NCBI RefSeq assembly: GCF_043950625.1 | Contig: NZ_CP171007.1 | DNA from: Alkanindiges sp. WGS2144 | Lineage (GTDB): Bacteria; Pseudomonadota; Gammaproteobacteria; Pseudomonadales; Moraxellaceae | Length of the DNA stretch: 32,000 nt | Direction: 5' to 3' (one strand) | In this document: positions 1 through 8,619 of the stretch, in pieces | Numbering within the stretch: the first letter of the stretch is position 1 | Layout of the letters: each line of letters opens with the position of its first letter | Position numbers and translations under genes: made by a program | Notes under the pieces: model-generated | What the model was told of the DNA's origin: nothing | Database searches by the model: none | The model's input: only the letters and a program-made list of their open reading frames with translations

Positions 1-432
1 TCTAAATCAAATTTTTATCAGCAATAAAATAGTCAGTACGCTGAATTATCGTTATTAATTGATTTGCAGACGGACTAGTTGGATTTTAGCCTGAGTAATT
101 TTAAGCTCGCCAAAGCTTCCATGAAAATCCATGGCAAGGTGAGTTATGGTAGTGAGTTCTCCGCAAAGATTTGTCAGGCCGGTTTCGTAGTCTCCATATA
201 ATCTTTATTGATATAAGCGGCACGCTGTTATTTTCCCCCATATTTTAAATGAGGCTATAATAAAAGATTCCGAAAAATTATTTTTTTATAATCATTTGAT
301 TTTTATGATAAAAAAGCTTTATATTTTTGTAATTTTAGGGAAATAAATTCTCTTTGAAAATAAATGCTTATAATTTTATGCTGAAAAATCCCAATAAAAA
401 TATTTCAGTTTTGTGTCAAATCAACGATCATT

Positions 433-2043
433 GTGCCGTTTTCAGGATACAAGCAGACGTTGCGAATGCCTCATTCAAAAATACATGCCCCTGCACACTG
501 GTTATTTAAGCCATTTGTTGCACTCATTATTTTAGGTGGTCTTCTCTATGTGGCTATTCAGCTGAATGCTGATTTGGCTTCATCATCACAAATTCCCATG
601 ATTTCCTTTGTCATGCTCGGCCTGGCCTTGCTGGTGGCACTGGGTTTTGAATTTGTTAACGGTTTTCATGATACAGCCAATGCGGTAGCGACGGTTATTT
701 ATACCAATGCCATGCCACCGCATCCAGCAGTGATCTGGTCGGGTTTTTTTAATTTTCTGGGCGTATTGCTGTCTAGTGGGGCAGTGGCCTATGGAATTTT
801 GGCTCTGTTGCCAGTTGAGTTGATTTTAAACGTGGGTACCAATGCTGGTTTTGCCATGATCTTTGCGCTCCTTATTGCCGCAATTATCTGGAACATTGGT
901 ACATGGTATTTTGGTATTCCTGCTTCTAGTTCCCACACACTCATTGGTTCTATTGTAGGTGTAGGACTGATGAACCAGCTGCTGGCATCGCCCAATATTG
1001 CTACCAGCAGCCTGGACTGGTCTCAGGTCGCCAAGGTAGGTACCGCGCTGATTTTGTCGCCTATTATTGGGTTTACTGTGGCAGCGCTGGTTTTACTCAT
1101 ATTACGCCGTCTTCTAAAAAGCCGGCCAGAACTATTTACCCCACCAGAAGGTAACGCACCACCTCCTTTCTGGATTCGGGTATTACTGATTTTGACCTGT
1201 ACTGGTGTGAGCTTTGCCCATGGCTCCAATGACGGGCAGAAGGGCATGGGACTGATTATGCTGATTTTAATTGGTATTGTGCCACTGTCATACTCCCTGA
1301 ACCGTACAATGGACGCGACGCAGGCACAGACTTTTGCCGCTATTTCTGAAAAAGCCTCAAGTTTGCTGGCAGATGAGCGTCACCTGAATATACCTGATGA
1401 ACGTGCACGTGAAATCGTTACCCACTATTTGCAGGATCAGCACCGTACTACAGAGTTGTTGCCTGCGATCAGTGTGCTTGCACATGCAGTAGGTGCGGAT
1501 GTAGCACGTTATGGTGCGCTTGATAAAGTACCTACTGAAGCAACCCGTAACCTGCGTAATGACATGTACTTAAATGCTACGGCGCTAAAACGCCTGGGTA
1601 AGGAAGGTGCGCTGGACTATTTGTCGCCAGTTGATCAGCAAATGGTTAAAGCCTATAGGGAGCAGCTTGACCGTGCTACCCAGTTTATTCCTATCTGGGT
1701 TAAGGTGGCGGTGGCGATTGCGCTGGGTATGGGCACTATGGTGGGCTGGAAGCGTGTAGTACGAACTGTTGGTGAACGTATTGGCAAGCAGCATCTGACC
1801 TATGCACAGGGCGCGTCTGCTGAAGCCGTGGCAATGAGCACGATTAGTATTGCTGATACCTTTGGTATGCCGGTGAGCACCACACAGGTGGTTTCCAGTG
1901 CGGTAGCAGGGACTATGGTGGCCAATAAGGCGGGTTTGCAGTTAAGAACCATCAAGATGATTTTATCTGCCTGGTTATTAACCCTGCCGGCTTCCATTAT
2001 TTTGTCCGGCTGTTTGTACTGGTTGTTCCGCCAGTTTGTCTAA
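433..2043 (+). CDS. pitA: Inorganic phosphate transporter, PiT/PitA family
   Basis: A 536-aa polytopic membrane ORF. It carries the duplicated PiT signatures GFHDTANAVAT (N-terminal half) and HGSNDGQKGMG (centre). It is collinear with E. coli PitA as I recall it, including the C-terminal PVSTT..SS.AGTM region. The start is ambiguous: GTG at 433 or ATG at 466, neither with a clear SD. Confidence 0.9.
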   Translation: MPFSGYKQTLRMPHSKIHAPAHWLFKPFVALIILGGLLYVAIQLNADLASSSQIPMISFVMLGLALLVALGFEFVNGFHDTANAVATVIYTNAMPPHPAVIWSGFFNFLGVLLSSGAVAYGILALLPVELILNVGTNAGFAMIFALLIAAIIWNIGTWYFGIPASSSHTLIGSIVGVGLMNQLLASPNIATSSLDWSQVAKVGTALILSPIIGFTVAALVLLILRRLLKSRPELFTPPEGNAPPPFWIRVLLILTCTGVSFAHGSNDGQKGMGLIMLILIGIVPLSYSLNRTMDATQAQTFAAISEKASSLLADERHLNIPDERAREIVTHYLQDQHRTTELLPAISVLAHAVGADVARYGALDKVPTEATRNLRNDMYLNATALKRLGKEGALDYLSPVDQQMVKAYREQLDRATQFIPIWVKVAVAIALGMGTMVGWKRVVRTVGERIGKQHLTYAQGASAEAVAMSTISIADTFGMPVSTTQVVSSAVAGTMVANKAGLQLRTIKMILSAWLLTLPASIILSGCLYWLFRQFV

Positions 2044-2062
2044 TGTCATCAAGTGATCATAA

Positions 2063-2093
2063 AAACCCTTAAATCAAATTTAAGGGTTTTTTT
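2063..2093 (+). terminator. Rho-independent terminator after pitA
   Basis: AAACCCTTAAAT (2063-2074) pairs perfectly with ATTTAAGGGTTT (2078-2089). The stem runs into a T7 tract. Confidence 0.8.
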
Positions 2094-2184
2094 ATTGCTG
2101 ATTCTAAAAAGAAAAGCTTTGTACATTTTTTTGGAAGAAAAGGCACTTGTAAACATGAGTAAGAAAAACTTGGGCGATTTGTGT

Positions 2185-2218
2185 TTGTCATATTTCTGTC
2201 ATGTTGTGCTTGCACAAT
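2185..2218 (+). promoter_or_regulatory. Pho box (PhoB-binding direct repeat) plus -10 element of the pst promoter
   Basis: TTGTCATATTT-CTGTCATGTTG contains two TGTCAT half-sites at an 11-bp period. This matches the E. coli Pho-box consensus CTGTCATA(A/T)A(T/A)CTGTCA(C/T). A -10-like CACAAT (2213-2218) lies 10 nt downstream, about 70 nt upstream of pstS. Confidence 0.7.
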
Positions 2219-2287
2219 AGGCTCAAGCAGCGAGGACGACTCCGCTGCGATGATGAAAAACTGATAAACAAAAGATAGAGGGTCGAT

Positions 2288-3325
2288 ATGCGACTTTATG
2301 CCAGTAAATTAACACTCGCCTTGCTAACAGTATCTGGTTTGGGGATTGCAGTACAGGCACAGGCTGCCCGTAATACCGTTCAAATTGCCGGTTCTTCTAC
2401 AGTATTGCCTTTTGCCAGTATTGTTGCTGAGGAGTTTGGCAATACCTATCCACAATATAAGGCACCAGTTGTTGCATCAGGAGGCAGTAGCGGTGGCTTT
2501 CGCCAGTTTTGTCAGGGTATCGGTGATAACACCATTGATATTGCCAATGCCTCACGCCCCATTAAGTCTGCCGAAATAGAGGCGTGTAAAAAAGCCGGGG
2601 TAAGCCAGATTCATGAGGTGAAGTTTGGCTATGATGGCATTGTATTTGCCTCACGTTCTGATAAGCCTGCGTTTAAATTAAAGCCACAACATGTCTATTC
2701 TGCGCTGGCTGCACAGGTGCCCAGCAAAGACAACAAGCTCATGCCGAATCCTTATACTCGCTGGAGCCAGATTGACAAGTCCTTACCCAATCAGGAAATT
2801 ATTTTAATTATTCCAGCATCCAACCATGGCACCCGTGAAGTATTTGAAGAAAAAGTGGTACATCCGGGTTGTAATGCCTATACCTATAATAAAAAGCTCA
2901 GTGAAGGGGACAATAAAAAAGCCTGCTCGACCTTTCGTAAAGATGGTCGCGTGATTGAAATTTCAGGCGATTACACTGAAACCCTGGCACGTTTGCAATC
3001 ATCTCCCAATGCTGTTGGTGTGTTTGGCCTCAGCTTTTATGAGCAAAATCGTGACCGGCTGCGTGTTGCTACCGTGAATGGCGTGGTACCTTCAGAGGCC
3101 ACCATTACCAGCGGCAAGTATAGCGTGTCACGTCCCTTGTATTTTTATGTCAAAGGGCAGCACTTAAATCGCATTTCGGGTCTGACTCAATATGTAGAAT
3201 ACTTTTTGAACGATAAAGTATCGGGTGCAGGTAGTCAGTTACAGAATGCCGGTTTGATTCCACTGCCCAAGGCTGAGCGTGCCAAAGCGCTGGCAAGCTT
3301 TAAAAGCCGCCAGAAAGTGAAATAA
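2288..3325 (+). CDS. pstS: Phosphate ABC transporter substrate-binding protein, PstS family
   Basis: 345 aa with an N-terminal signal peptide (LALLTVSGLGIAVQAQA). It has the motifs IAGSSTVLPF, ASGGSSGG and DIANASRP typical of PBP-like-2 phosphate binders. It is the first gene of the pstSCAB order. Confidence 0.85.
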   Translation: MRLYASKLTLALLTVSGLGIAVQAQAARNTVQIAGSSTVLPFASIVAEEFGNTYPQYKAPVVASGGSSGGFRQFCQGIGDNTIDIANASRPIKSAEIEACKKAGVSQIHEVKFGYDGIVFASRSDKPAFKLKPQHVYSALAAQVPSKDNKLMPNPYTRWSQIDKSLPNQEIILIIPASNHGTREVFEEKVVHPGCNAYTYNKKLSEGDNKKACSTFRKDGRVIEISGDYTETLARLQSSPNAVGVFGLSFYEQNRDRLRVATVNGVVPSEATITSGKYSVSRPLYFYVKGQHLNRISGLTQYVEYFLNDKVSGAGSQLQNAGLIPLPKAERAKALASFKSRQKVK

Positions 3326-3331
3326 GTGAAT

Positions 3332-3370
3332 ACAGCTGTGCTTAGGTTCATTGCCAGTTAAGCACAGCTG
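3332..3370 (+). terminator. Intra-operon hairpin between pstS and pstC (partial terminator or mRNA-stabilising stem)
   Basis: A perfect 12-bp stem, CAGCTGTGCTTA (3333-3344) with TAAGCACAGCTG (3359-3370), and a 14-nt loop. Only a weak T tract follows. Such hairpins after pstS are a common way to raise PstS relative to the membrane components. Confidence 0.5.
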
Positions 3371-3535
3371 GCTTATTTATGGTTAAAAACGTTGGGATAA
3401 TACAGCATGTTGCTAAAAACTGGCTTTTTGATAAGTGGTAAAACAAATAGATGGTCAAAAACAGATGAATAAAGTTGCTGATAAAACAGTTGCAAAAACA
3501 GCAATGCAGCAGTTGTTTGCTGAGGTGGAGAAACT

Positions 3536-4906
3536 ATGAATCTGATGCTCATCGGCATATTATTGATATTCATGGCGCTGGCTTATCAGGTGGGGTTAAG
3601 TCGTAGTCGGGCAGTTGCCCACCGTGCAGATGGGGCAAACCTGCATTCACGACCGGGATATTATGGCTGGCTGGTCGCACTATGGTGCGGTATACCAGCC
3701 TTTTTGGTTTTTTTCATCTGGAGCGTGATTGAACCTGGTCTTATTCAGCAAAGCATTATGGATACGCTGCCAAATTCAGTGGTTACTGGTTTAAACATTA
3801 GTGGCATGGAGGTAATGATTCATCATATTCATGACGTTGCGGCGAATAGGGCATTGCCTGCTGCACCTTATGAAGCCAGTGCTGCTCAACATTTAAAACA
3901 GATTCAGACCACCGGGTTAATTGCCAAAGTTGCGGCAGTGTGTAGTGTGGCACTGTTTGGCCTGTTATACGCGCGTCACCGGATCTCTGCGCAGCTACGT
4001 GCCCGTAACCAGATTGAAAAAATTATCCAACTGGGACTGATTGCCTGCTCAGCAATTGCAATTTTAACCACCGTTGGCATTGTCATGTCCATGCTGGGCG
4101 AAGCAATGCGCTTTTTTCAGTTTGTGCATCCGGCAGACTTTTTCTTTGGCACGGTGTGGAATCCTGGTTTTAGTACCACCGGCAGCAGTCAGGGGGAGTT
4201 TGGCCTTTTGCCTTTGTTGTGGGGCACCCTGATGGTCAGTGCTATTGCCTTACTGGTTGCTGTGCCGCTTGGGTTAATGGCCGCGATTTATCTGGCGGAA
4301 TATGCCAGTCCCCGTTTTCGGGCGATTGCCAAGCCTGTGATTGAAGTGCTAGCTGGTATTCCAACTATTGTATATGGTGTGTTTGCCTTACTGACCATTG
4401 GGCCGTTTTTTGCCAGTCTGGGTGCGATGATGGGCATAGAAATTCGTGCAACCAGTGCCCTTACAGCGGGTTTTGTGATGGGTATTATGATTATTCCCTT
4501 TGTGTCGTCCTTGTCTGATGACATTATCACCCAGGTACCACGGTCGTTGCGTGATGGCTCGCTGGGTCTTGGTGCGACCAAGTCAGAAACCATTCGCAAA
4601 GTGGTCATTCCGGCAGCCTTACCCGGCATTATCGGGGCTTTTTTACTTGCCGCCAGCCGTGCCATTGGTGAAACCATGATTGTGGTGCTGGCAGCAGGCA
4701 ATAGCCCCCTACTGCATGGCAATCCTTTGGAGGCGGTATCTACAGTAACAGTTACTATTGTTAATCAGTTAACTGGGGACACCGACTTTGCCGGGCCGCA
4801 ATCACTGGTTGCTTTTGCTTTGGGACTCACACTGTTCGTCATGACGCTGGGCCTGAATGTAATTGCATTATATATCGTGCGTAAATACCGTGAGCAATAC
4901 GAGTGA
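3536..4906 (+). CDS. pstC: Phosphate ABC transporter permease PstC (long form)
   Basis: 456 aa, multi-TM. It carries the EAA-loop-type region SRAIGETMIVVLAAG and a GGTGGAG SD upstream of the ATG. It sits after pstS. Confidence 0.9.
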   Translation: MNLMLIGILLIFMALAYQVGLSRSRAVAHRADGANLHSRPGYYGWLVALWCGIPAFLVFFIWSVIEPGLIQQSIMDTLPNSVVTGLNISGMEVMIHHIHDVAANRALPAAPYEASAAQHLKQIQTTGLIAKVAAVCSVALFGLLYARHRISAQLRARNQIEKIIQLGLIACSAIAILTTVGIVMSMLGEAMRFFQFVHPADFFFGTVWNPGFSTTGSSQGEFGLLPLLWGTLMVSAIALLVAVPLGLMAAIYLAEYASPRFRAIAKPVIEVLAGIPTIVYGVFALLTIGPFFASLGAMMGIEIRATSALTAGFVMGIMIIPFVSSLSDDIITQVPRSLRDGSLGLGATKSETIRKVVIPAALPGIIGAFLLAASRAIGETMIVVLAAGNSPLLHGNPLEAVSTVTVTIVNQLTGDTDFAGPQSLVAFALGLTLFVMTLGLNVIALYIVRKYREQYE

Positions 4907-6300
4907 ATACCAATAAATATATAACCCCAGGTCAGATCCTGACTGATCCAGTCGTTGAAGCACAGCCGCAGCGAGAGCAACGTCGTCAGCGCATTGCGGC
5001 TTCTTTAACCCGGCGCCACCGACAGGAAACCTGGTTTCGTTATCTGGGCTGGCTGGCGGTGTTTAGCGCCTTGTTCTTTGTGGTTTTATTGTTTGGCAGC
5101 ATTGTCACCAAAGGTTTGCCAGCATTTTGGCAATCAACAATCCATACCCAGGTTTATTTTGACCCTGAGCTGATTGACATTAGTAAAAAACCGCAACAAC
5201 AGGCGGGGGAGCCAAAAGCTGCTTTTGAGCAGCGCCTGAATGACTGGCAGGTTGAAGTTGGTATGGCTAACTGGAACCGCATTTTAGAAAATAGCATCAT
5301 TCGGCAGCAGCCCGCACTGGCGGCACAACACGGTGATATCCGTACTTTGTTTAGTAATGGCGAGCGCTATAAAGTGCGCGATATGCTGATTCATGATCCT
5401 GCCTTGATTGGTAAAACCGTCACAGTGGATTTGCTGGCTGATGCCAACGTGGATGTATGGCTCAGCGGTAAAATTGATCGGAATTTACCGGATGACCAGC
5501 AACAGTTAAGCGCCCCAGTACGCGTGCTGGCCGATCAGCTCAAGGCAGAGGGTATTATTGTCAACAAGTTTAACTGGAACCTGTTTACCAGCCCAGATTC
5601 ACGCAGCTCACCAGCTTCCAGTGGTCTGGCCGGGGCATTTATGGGCTCTTTGTATATGATGCTCATTGTGATTGTGCTATCCATTCCGGTAGGGGTCGCC
5701 AGTGCCATTTATCTGGAAGAGTTTGCCAGCAAAAACCGTGTTACTGATTTGATTGAAGTAAATATTAATAATTTGGCCGCAGTACCTTCTATTGTATTTG
5801 GCCTGTTAGGTGCAGCCATTTTTATTAACTGGCTGCACTTGCCGCTGTCAGCGCCACTGGTTGGTGGCCTGGTGCTTAGCCTGATGACTTTGCCTACAGT
5901 CATTATTACGACCCGTGCCGCCCTAAAAGCAGTACCCCCTTCAATCCGCCAGGCCGCTTTAGGATTGGGCGCATCCAGAGTACAAAGTGTGTTTCATCAT
6001 GTTCTGCCTTTGGCGATGCCGGGTATTTTAACCGGAGCGATTATTGGTGTCGCGCAGGCACTGGGTGAAACGGCGCCTTTATTATTGATCGGCATGAGCG
6101 CATTTGTGGCCAATATTCCCGCAACCCTGGTTGACCAGGCAACGGCCTTGCCGGTGCAGATTTATTTATGGCAGGGCAATGAGCTACGCAACTTTTTTGA
6201 AGCACGTACATCGGCCGCCATTATGGTATTGCTGGCCTTGATGATCAGTCTAAACGCACTGGCAGTCTGGTTGCGTAAAAAATTTGAAACGAGATGGTAA
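4903..6300 (+). CDS. pstA: Phosphate ABC transporter permease PstA (long form)
   Basis: 465 aa. Its GTG start overlaps the pstC stop (GTGA). It has one N-terminal TM, a large periplasmic insert and a C-terminal permease core with [14 protein letters not shown]. Confidence 0.9.
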   Translation: MNTNKYITPGQILTDPVVEAQPQREQRRQRIAASLTRRHRQETWFRYLGWLAVFSALFFVVLLFGSIVTKGLPAFWQSTIHTQVYFDPELIDISKKPQQQAGEPKAAFEQRLNDWQVEVGMANWNRILENSIIRQQPALAAQHGDIRTLFSNGERYKVRDMLIHDPALIGKTVTVDLLADANVDVWLSGKIDRNLPDDQQQLSAPVRVLADQLKAEGIIVNKFNWNLFTSPDSRSSPASSGLAGAFMGSLYMMLIVIVLSIPVGVASAIYLEEFASKNRVTDLIEVNINNLAAVPSIVFGLLGAAIFINWLHLPLSAPLVGGLVLSLMTLPTVIITTRAALKAVPPSIRQAALGLGASRVQSVFHHVLPLAMPGILTGAIIGVAQALGETAPLLLIGMSAFVANIPATLVDQATALPVQIYLWQGNELRNFFEARTSAAIMVLLALMISLNALAVWLRKKFETRW

Positions 6301-7193
6301 GCATGAATCAAATCAATAACTCTCAAGCACTACAAAGATCAGGGCAGGAAATAGGGCAACGGGATATCAGCCAGCCTGATAGAGCAAAGCCAACGGTGAG
6401 TGGTACTGGTCAGCCCCAAACAAAAACACCAGCACGTCAGGTTAAAATTCAGACTGAAAATGTACACGTGTTTTATGGGGATACGCCAGCGATTAAAGGC
6501 ATTGATTTAAGTATTTATCAAAATGAAGTCATTGCTTTTATTGGCCCTTCAGGCTGCGGTAAGTCTACTTTTTTGCGCACGCTTAACCGTATGAATGACA
6601 CCATTGATCATTGCCGGGTAACCGGTACGGTTAAAATGGATGATCAGGATATTTATGACCCGGCACTGGATGTGGTTTTATTGCGTGCTCAGGTTGGCAT
6701 GGTGTTCCAAAAGCCCAATCCATTTCCAAAATCCATTTTTGACAATGTAGCTTATGGCCCCAAATTGCATGGATTGGCCAAGGACCGCTATGAACTGGAT
6801 GAAATTGTAGAAACCAGCCTGCGCCGTGCCGGCCTGTGGGATGAGGTCAAAGACCGCCTAAAGCAACCGGGTACCAGCTTGTCAGGCGGTCAGCAGCAGC
6901 GCTTGTGCATTGCACGTACCATTGCAGTGAGCCCGGAAGTTATTTTAATGGATGAACCCTGTTCGGCGCTTGACCCCATCGCGACTGCCAAGGTGGAAGA
7001 GCTGATTACCGAGCTTGCCAGTCAATATACCATCGCCATAGTCACGCACTCCATGCAACAAGCTGCACGGGTATCTCATCGCACTGCTTATTTTCACTTG
7101 GGCGAGCTAATTGAGGTCAATGCTACAGAAAAAGTATTTACCCAGCCAGACCACCAGCTCACGGAGGCTTATATTACTGGCCGTTTTGGTTAA
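6294..7193 (+). CDS. pstB: Phosphate ABC transporter ATP-binding protein PstB
   Basis: Walker [10 protein letters not shown], signature LSGGQQQRL, Walker B ILMDEP, and the PstB-typical C-terminus YITGRFG. The start is ATG 6294 (overlapping the pstA stop) or ATG 6303. Confidence 0.95.
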   Translation: MVSMNQINNSQALQRSGQEIGQRDISQPDRAKPTVSGTGQPQTKTPARQVKIQTENVHVFYGDTPAIKGIDLSIYQNEVIAFIGPSGCGKSTFLRTLNRMNDTIDHCRVTGTVKMDDQDIYDPALDVVLLRAQVGMVFQKPNPFPKSIFDNVAYGPKLHGLAKDRYELDEIVETSLRRAGLWDEVKDRLKQPGTSLSGGQQQRLCIARTIAVSPEVILMDEPCSALDPIATAKVEELITELASQYTIAIVTHSMQQAARVSHRTAYFHLGELIEVNATEKVFTQPDHQLTEAYITGRFG

Positions 7194-7205
7194 GCGTAAA
7201 ATGTT

Positions 7206-7823
7206 TTAGCGTGGCGCAGGGTAGGTTGCATAATCAGCGCCCTGCAATTCCAGCAGTAATTCCTTGGCGGTCTGATAGTTTGCTGTGAGCCAGTCCTGAC
7301 GTAAATCAGGGGGAATCACCACAATGGAGCGTTTTTCTTTTTGTGGAGCATGAAATTGTTTCATTAAAGGGTGCTGATCGGCATTGATAGTAAGCATGCT
7401 CATTGAGCGAACCAGTTGATCCGCTTGCTGGCTGGTTTCATAAATAGCAGCAATGGTAAAAGGCTGTTTGTCTTGCCGTTCAATGGCCCAGCGTTCTGGT
7501 TTATCCGTGACATATCGTGGTTCATAAAATAGCTCTACCGGAACCAGCGCAAACTGATTGTTGTGCCAGGCATGGCGAAAGCTCGGTTTTTGTTGTACGG
7601 TTTCAGCCCTTGAATTATAGGTTTGTCTGGCAATGCGGGTGTCCTTTGCCCATGGGGGTACCAGACCAAACAAGGCTTCACGCCACTGCATCTGGTTATC
7701 CTGGTTGATTAAAATTGGGCAATTATTACCTGGATAAACCTCTTCCTTATAAGCAAAGGTTGGCGGGAATAAATCCAGAAATGAAGCCAGCTCAGGCCGG
7801 ACAGGTTTGAAGTTGGCACACAT
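7206..7823 (-). CDS. yedK: SOS response-associated peptidase (SRAP/YedK family, abasic-site processing protein)
   Basis: 205 aa beginning MC(A)N, which gives the catalytic Cys2 after Met removal. It also has YNSRAET and FALVPV..FYE-type SRAP motifs. Confidence 0.8.
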   Translation of the reverse strand: MCANFKPVRPELASFLDLFPPTFAYKEEVYPGNNCPILINQDNQMQWREALFGLVPPWAKDTRIARQTYNSRAETVQQKPSFRHAWHNNQFALVPVELFYEPRYVTDKPERWAIERQDKQPFTIAAIYETSQQADQLVRSMSMLTINADQHPLMKQFHAPQKEKRSIVVIPPDLRQDWLTANYQTAKELLLELQGADYATYPAPR

Positions 7824-7993
7824 CGTATCAAATCATAAAATGACTCTGGAGCTGTAGTCTAACAACGACTGAAATATGGGTTCAATCCATAAGTGCATAA
7901 AATAATACAGAATATGGGTATATCCTTACAGCCGGGTAGGTTATTCTTATTAAGTCTTTGTTTTACCCATAATTTGATATAGGAAGACTTACT

Positions 7994-8473
7994 ATGGCCG
8001 ATATACAGCTAAACCAGATTTGCTTAGAAAAAAAAGACATGACTGAAAACATTGCAGCCCTAAATCAGCTTTTATCTACTTACCATATTTTCTATTTAAA
8101 TGCCCGTGGCTATCACTGGAACGTAAGAGGTGAGCATTTTTTCTCGCTACATACCAAGTTTGAAGAGCTATACACTGAGCTACAATTGCAAATTGATGAA
8201 ATTGCCGAGCGTATTTTAACGCTGGGTGGCAGGCCGTTCCATGCTTATAGCGACTTTACCCAGCATAGCCGTTTGAATGAAGATAAAAACGTGATTGACG
8301 GCGTACAATGCGTCAAAGGTGTGGTAGGCGGTTTGCAGACTATCGTCACCCAGCAGCGTGAAATTGCTGAGCTGGCTGAAAAAAATGAAGACCAGGGCAC
8401 CTCAGATCTGCTTGCTGAATACGTACAGCAACAGGAAAAACTGATCTGGATGTATAATGCGTTTTTAGGTTAA
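7994..8473 (+). CDS. dps: Dps family DNA-protection / ferritin-like protein
   Basis: 159 aa. HWNVRGEHFFSLHTKFEELY and DEIAERI are the Dps ferroxidase-centre motifs. An AGGAAG SD lies 8 nt upstream. Confidence 0.85.
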   Translation: MADIQLNQICLEKKDMTENIAALNQLLSTYHIFYLNARGYHWNVRGEHFFSLHTKFEELYTELQLQIDEIAERILTLGGRPFHAYSDFTQHSRLNEDKNVIDGVQCVKGVVGGLQTIVTQQREIAELAEKNEDQGTSDLLAEYVQQQEKLIWMYNAFLG

Positions 8474-8567
8474 TTCTTTAGATTTGGTATTTTACTTAAT
8501 AGCTTTTATTGATAAAGCCAAGCAGGGATAGACTCCTTGTTTGGTTTTATAATCATCACTGTATAAA

Positions 8568-8599
8568 AACCCCACTCATTTGAGCGGGGTTTCTTTTTT
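8568..8599. terminator. Bidirectional rho-independent terminator between convergent dps and acnB
   Basis: AACCCCACTC / GAGCGGGGTT forms a stem with one mismatch. It is flanked by an A-run on the left and a T-run on the right, so it reads as a terminator on both strands. Confidence 0.7.
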
Positions 8600-8619
8600 A
8601 AATCAGGCTTCTAAATTGA

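Noticed and set aside
100-230. A GC-richer patch in the otherwise AT-rich region upstream of pitA, with mini-ORFs of 24-26 aa (for example 121-201)
   Set aside because: There is no SD and no recognisable peptide or RNA motif, and I could not fold it into a known riboswitch or tRNA-like structure. The evidence is insufficient to call anything.
3373-3573. A 66-aa minus-strand ORF in the pstS-pstC spacer
   Set aside because: It is antisense to the operon and overlaps the pstC start. Its translation is low-complexity and hydrophobic with no signals. The spacer is better explained by the hairpin and the pstC RBS.
4288-4722. A 144-aa minus-strand ORF inside pstC, and similar antisense ORFs in pitA, pstA, trmJ, cysE, the SDR gene, the aminotransferases and the permeases
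   Set aside because: All are fully nested in well-supported genes on the other strand or in another frame, with no independent signals.
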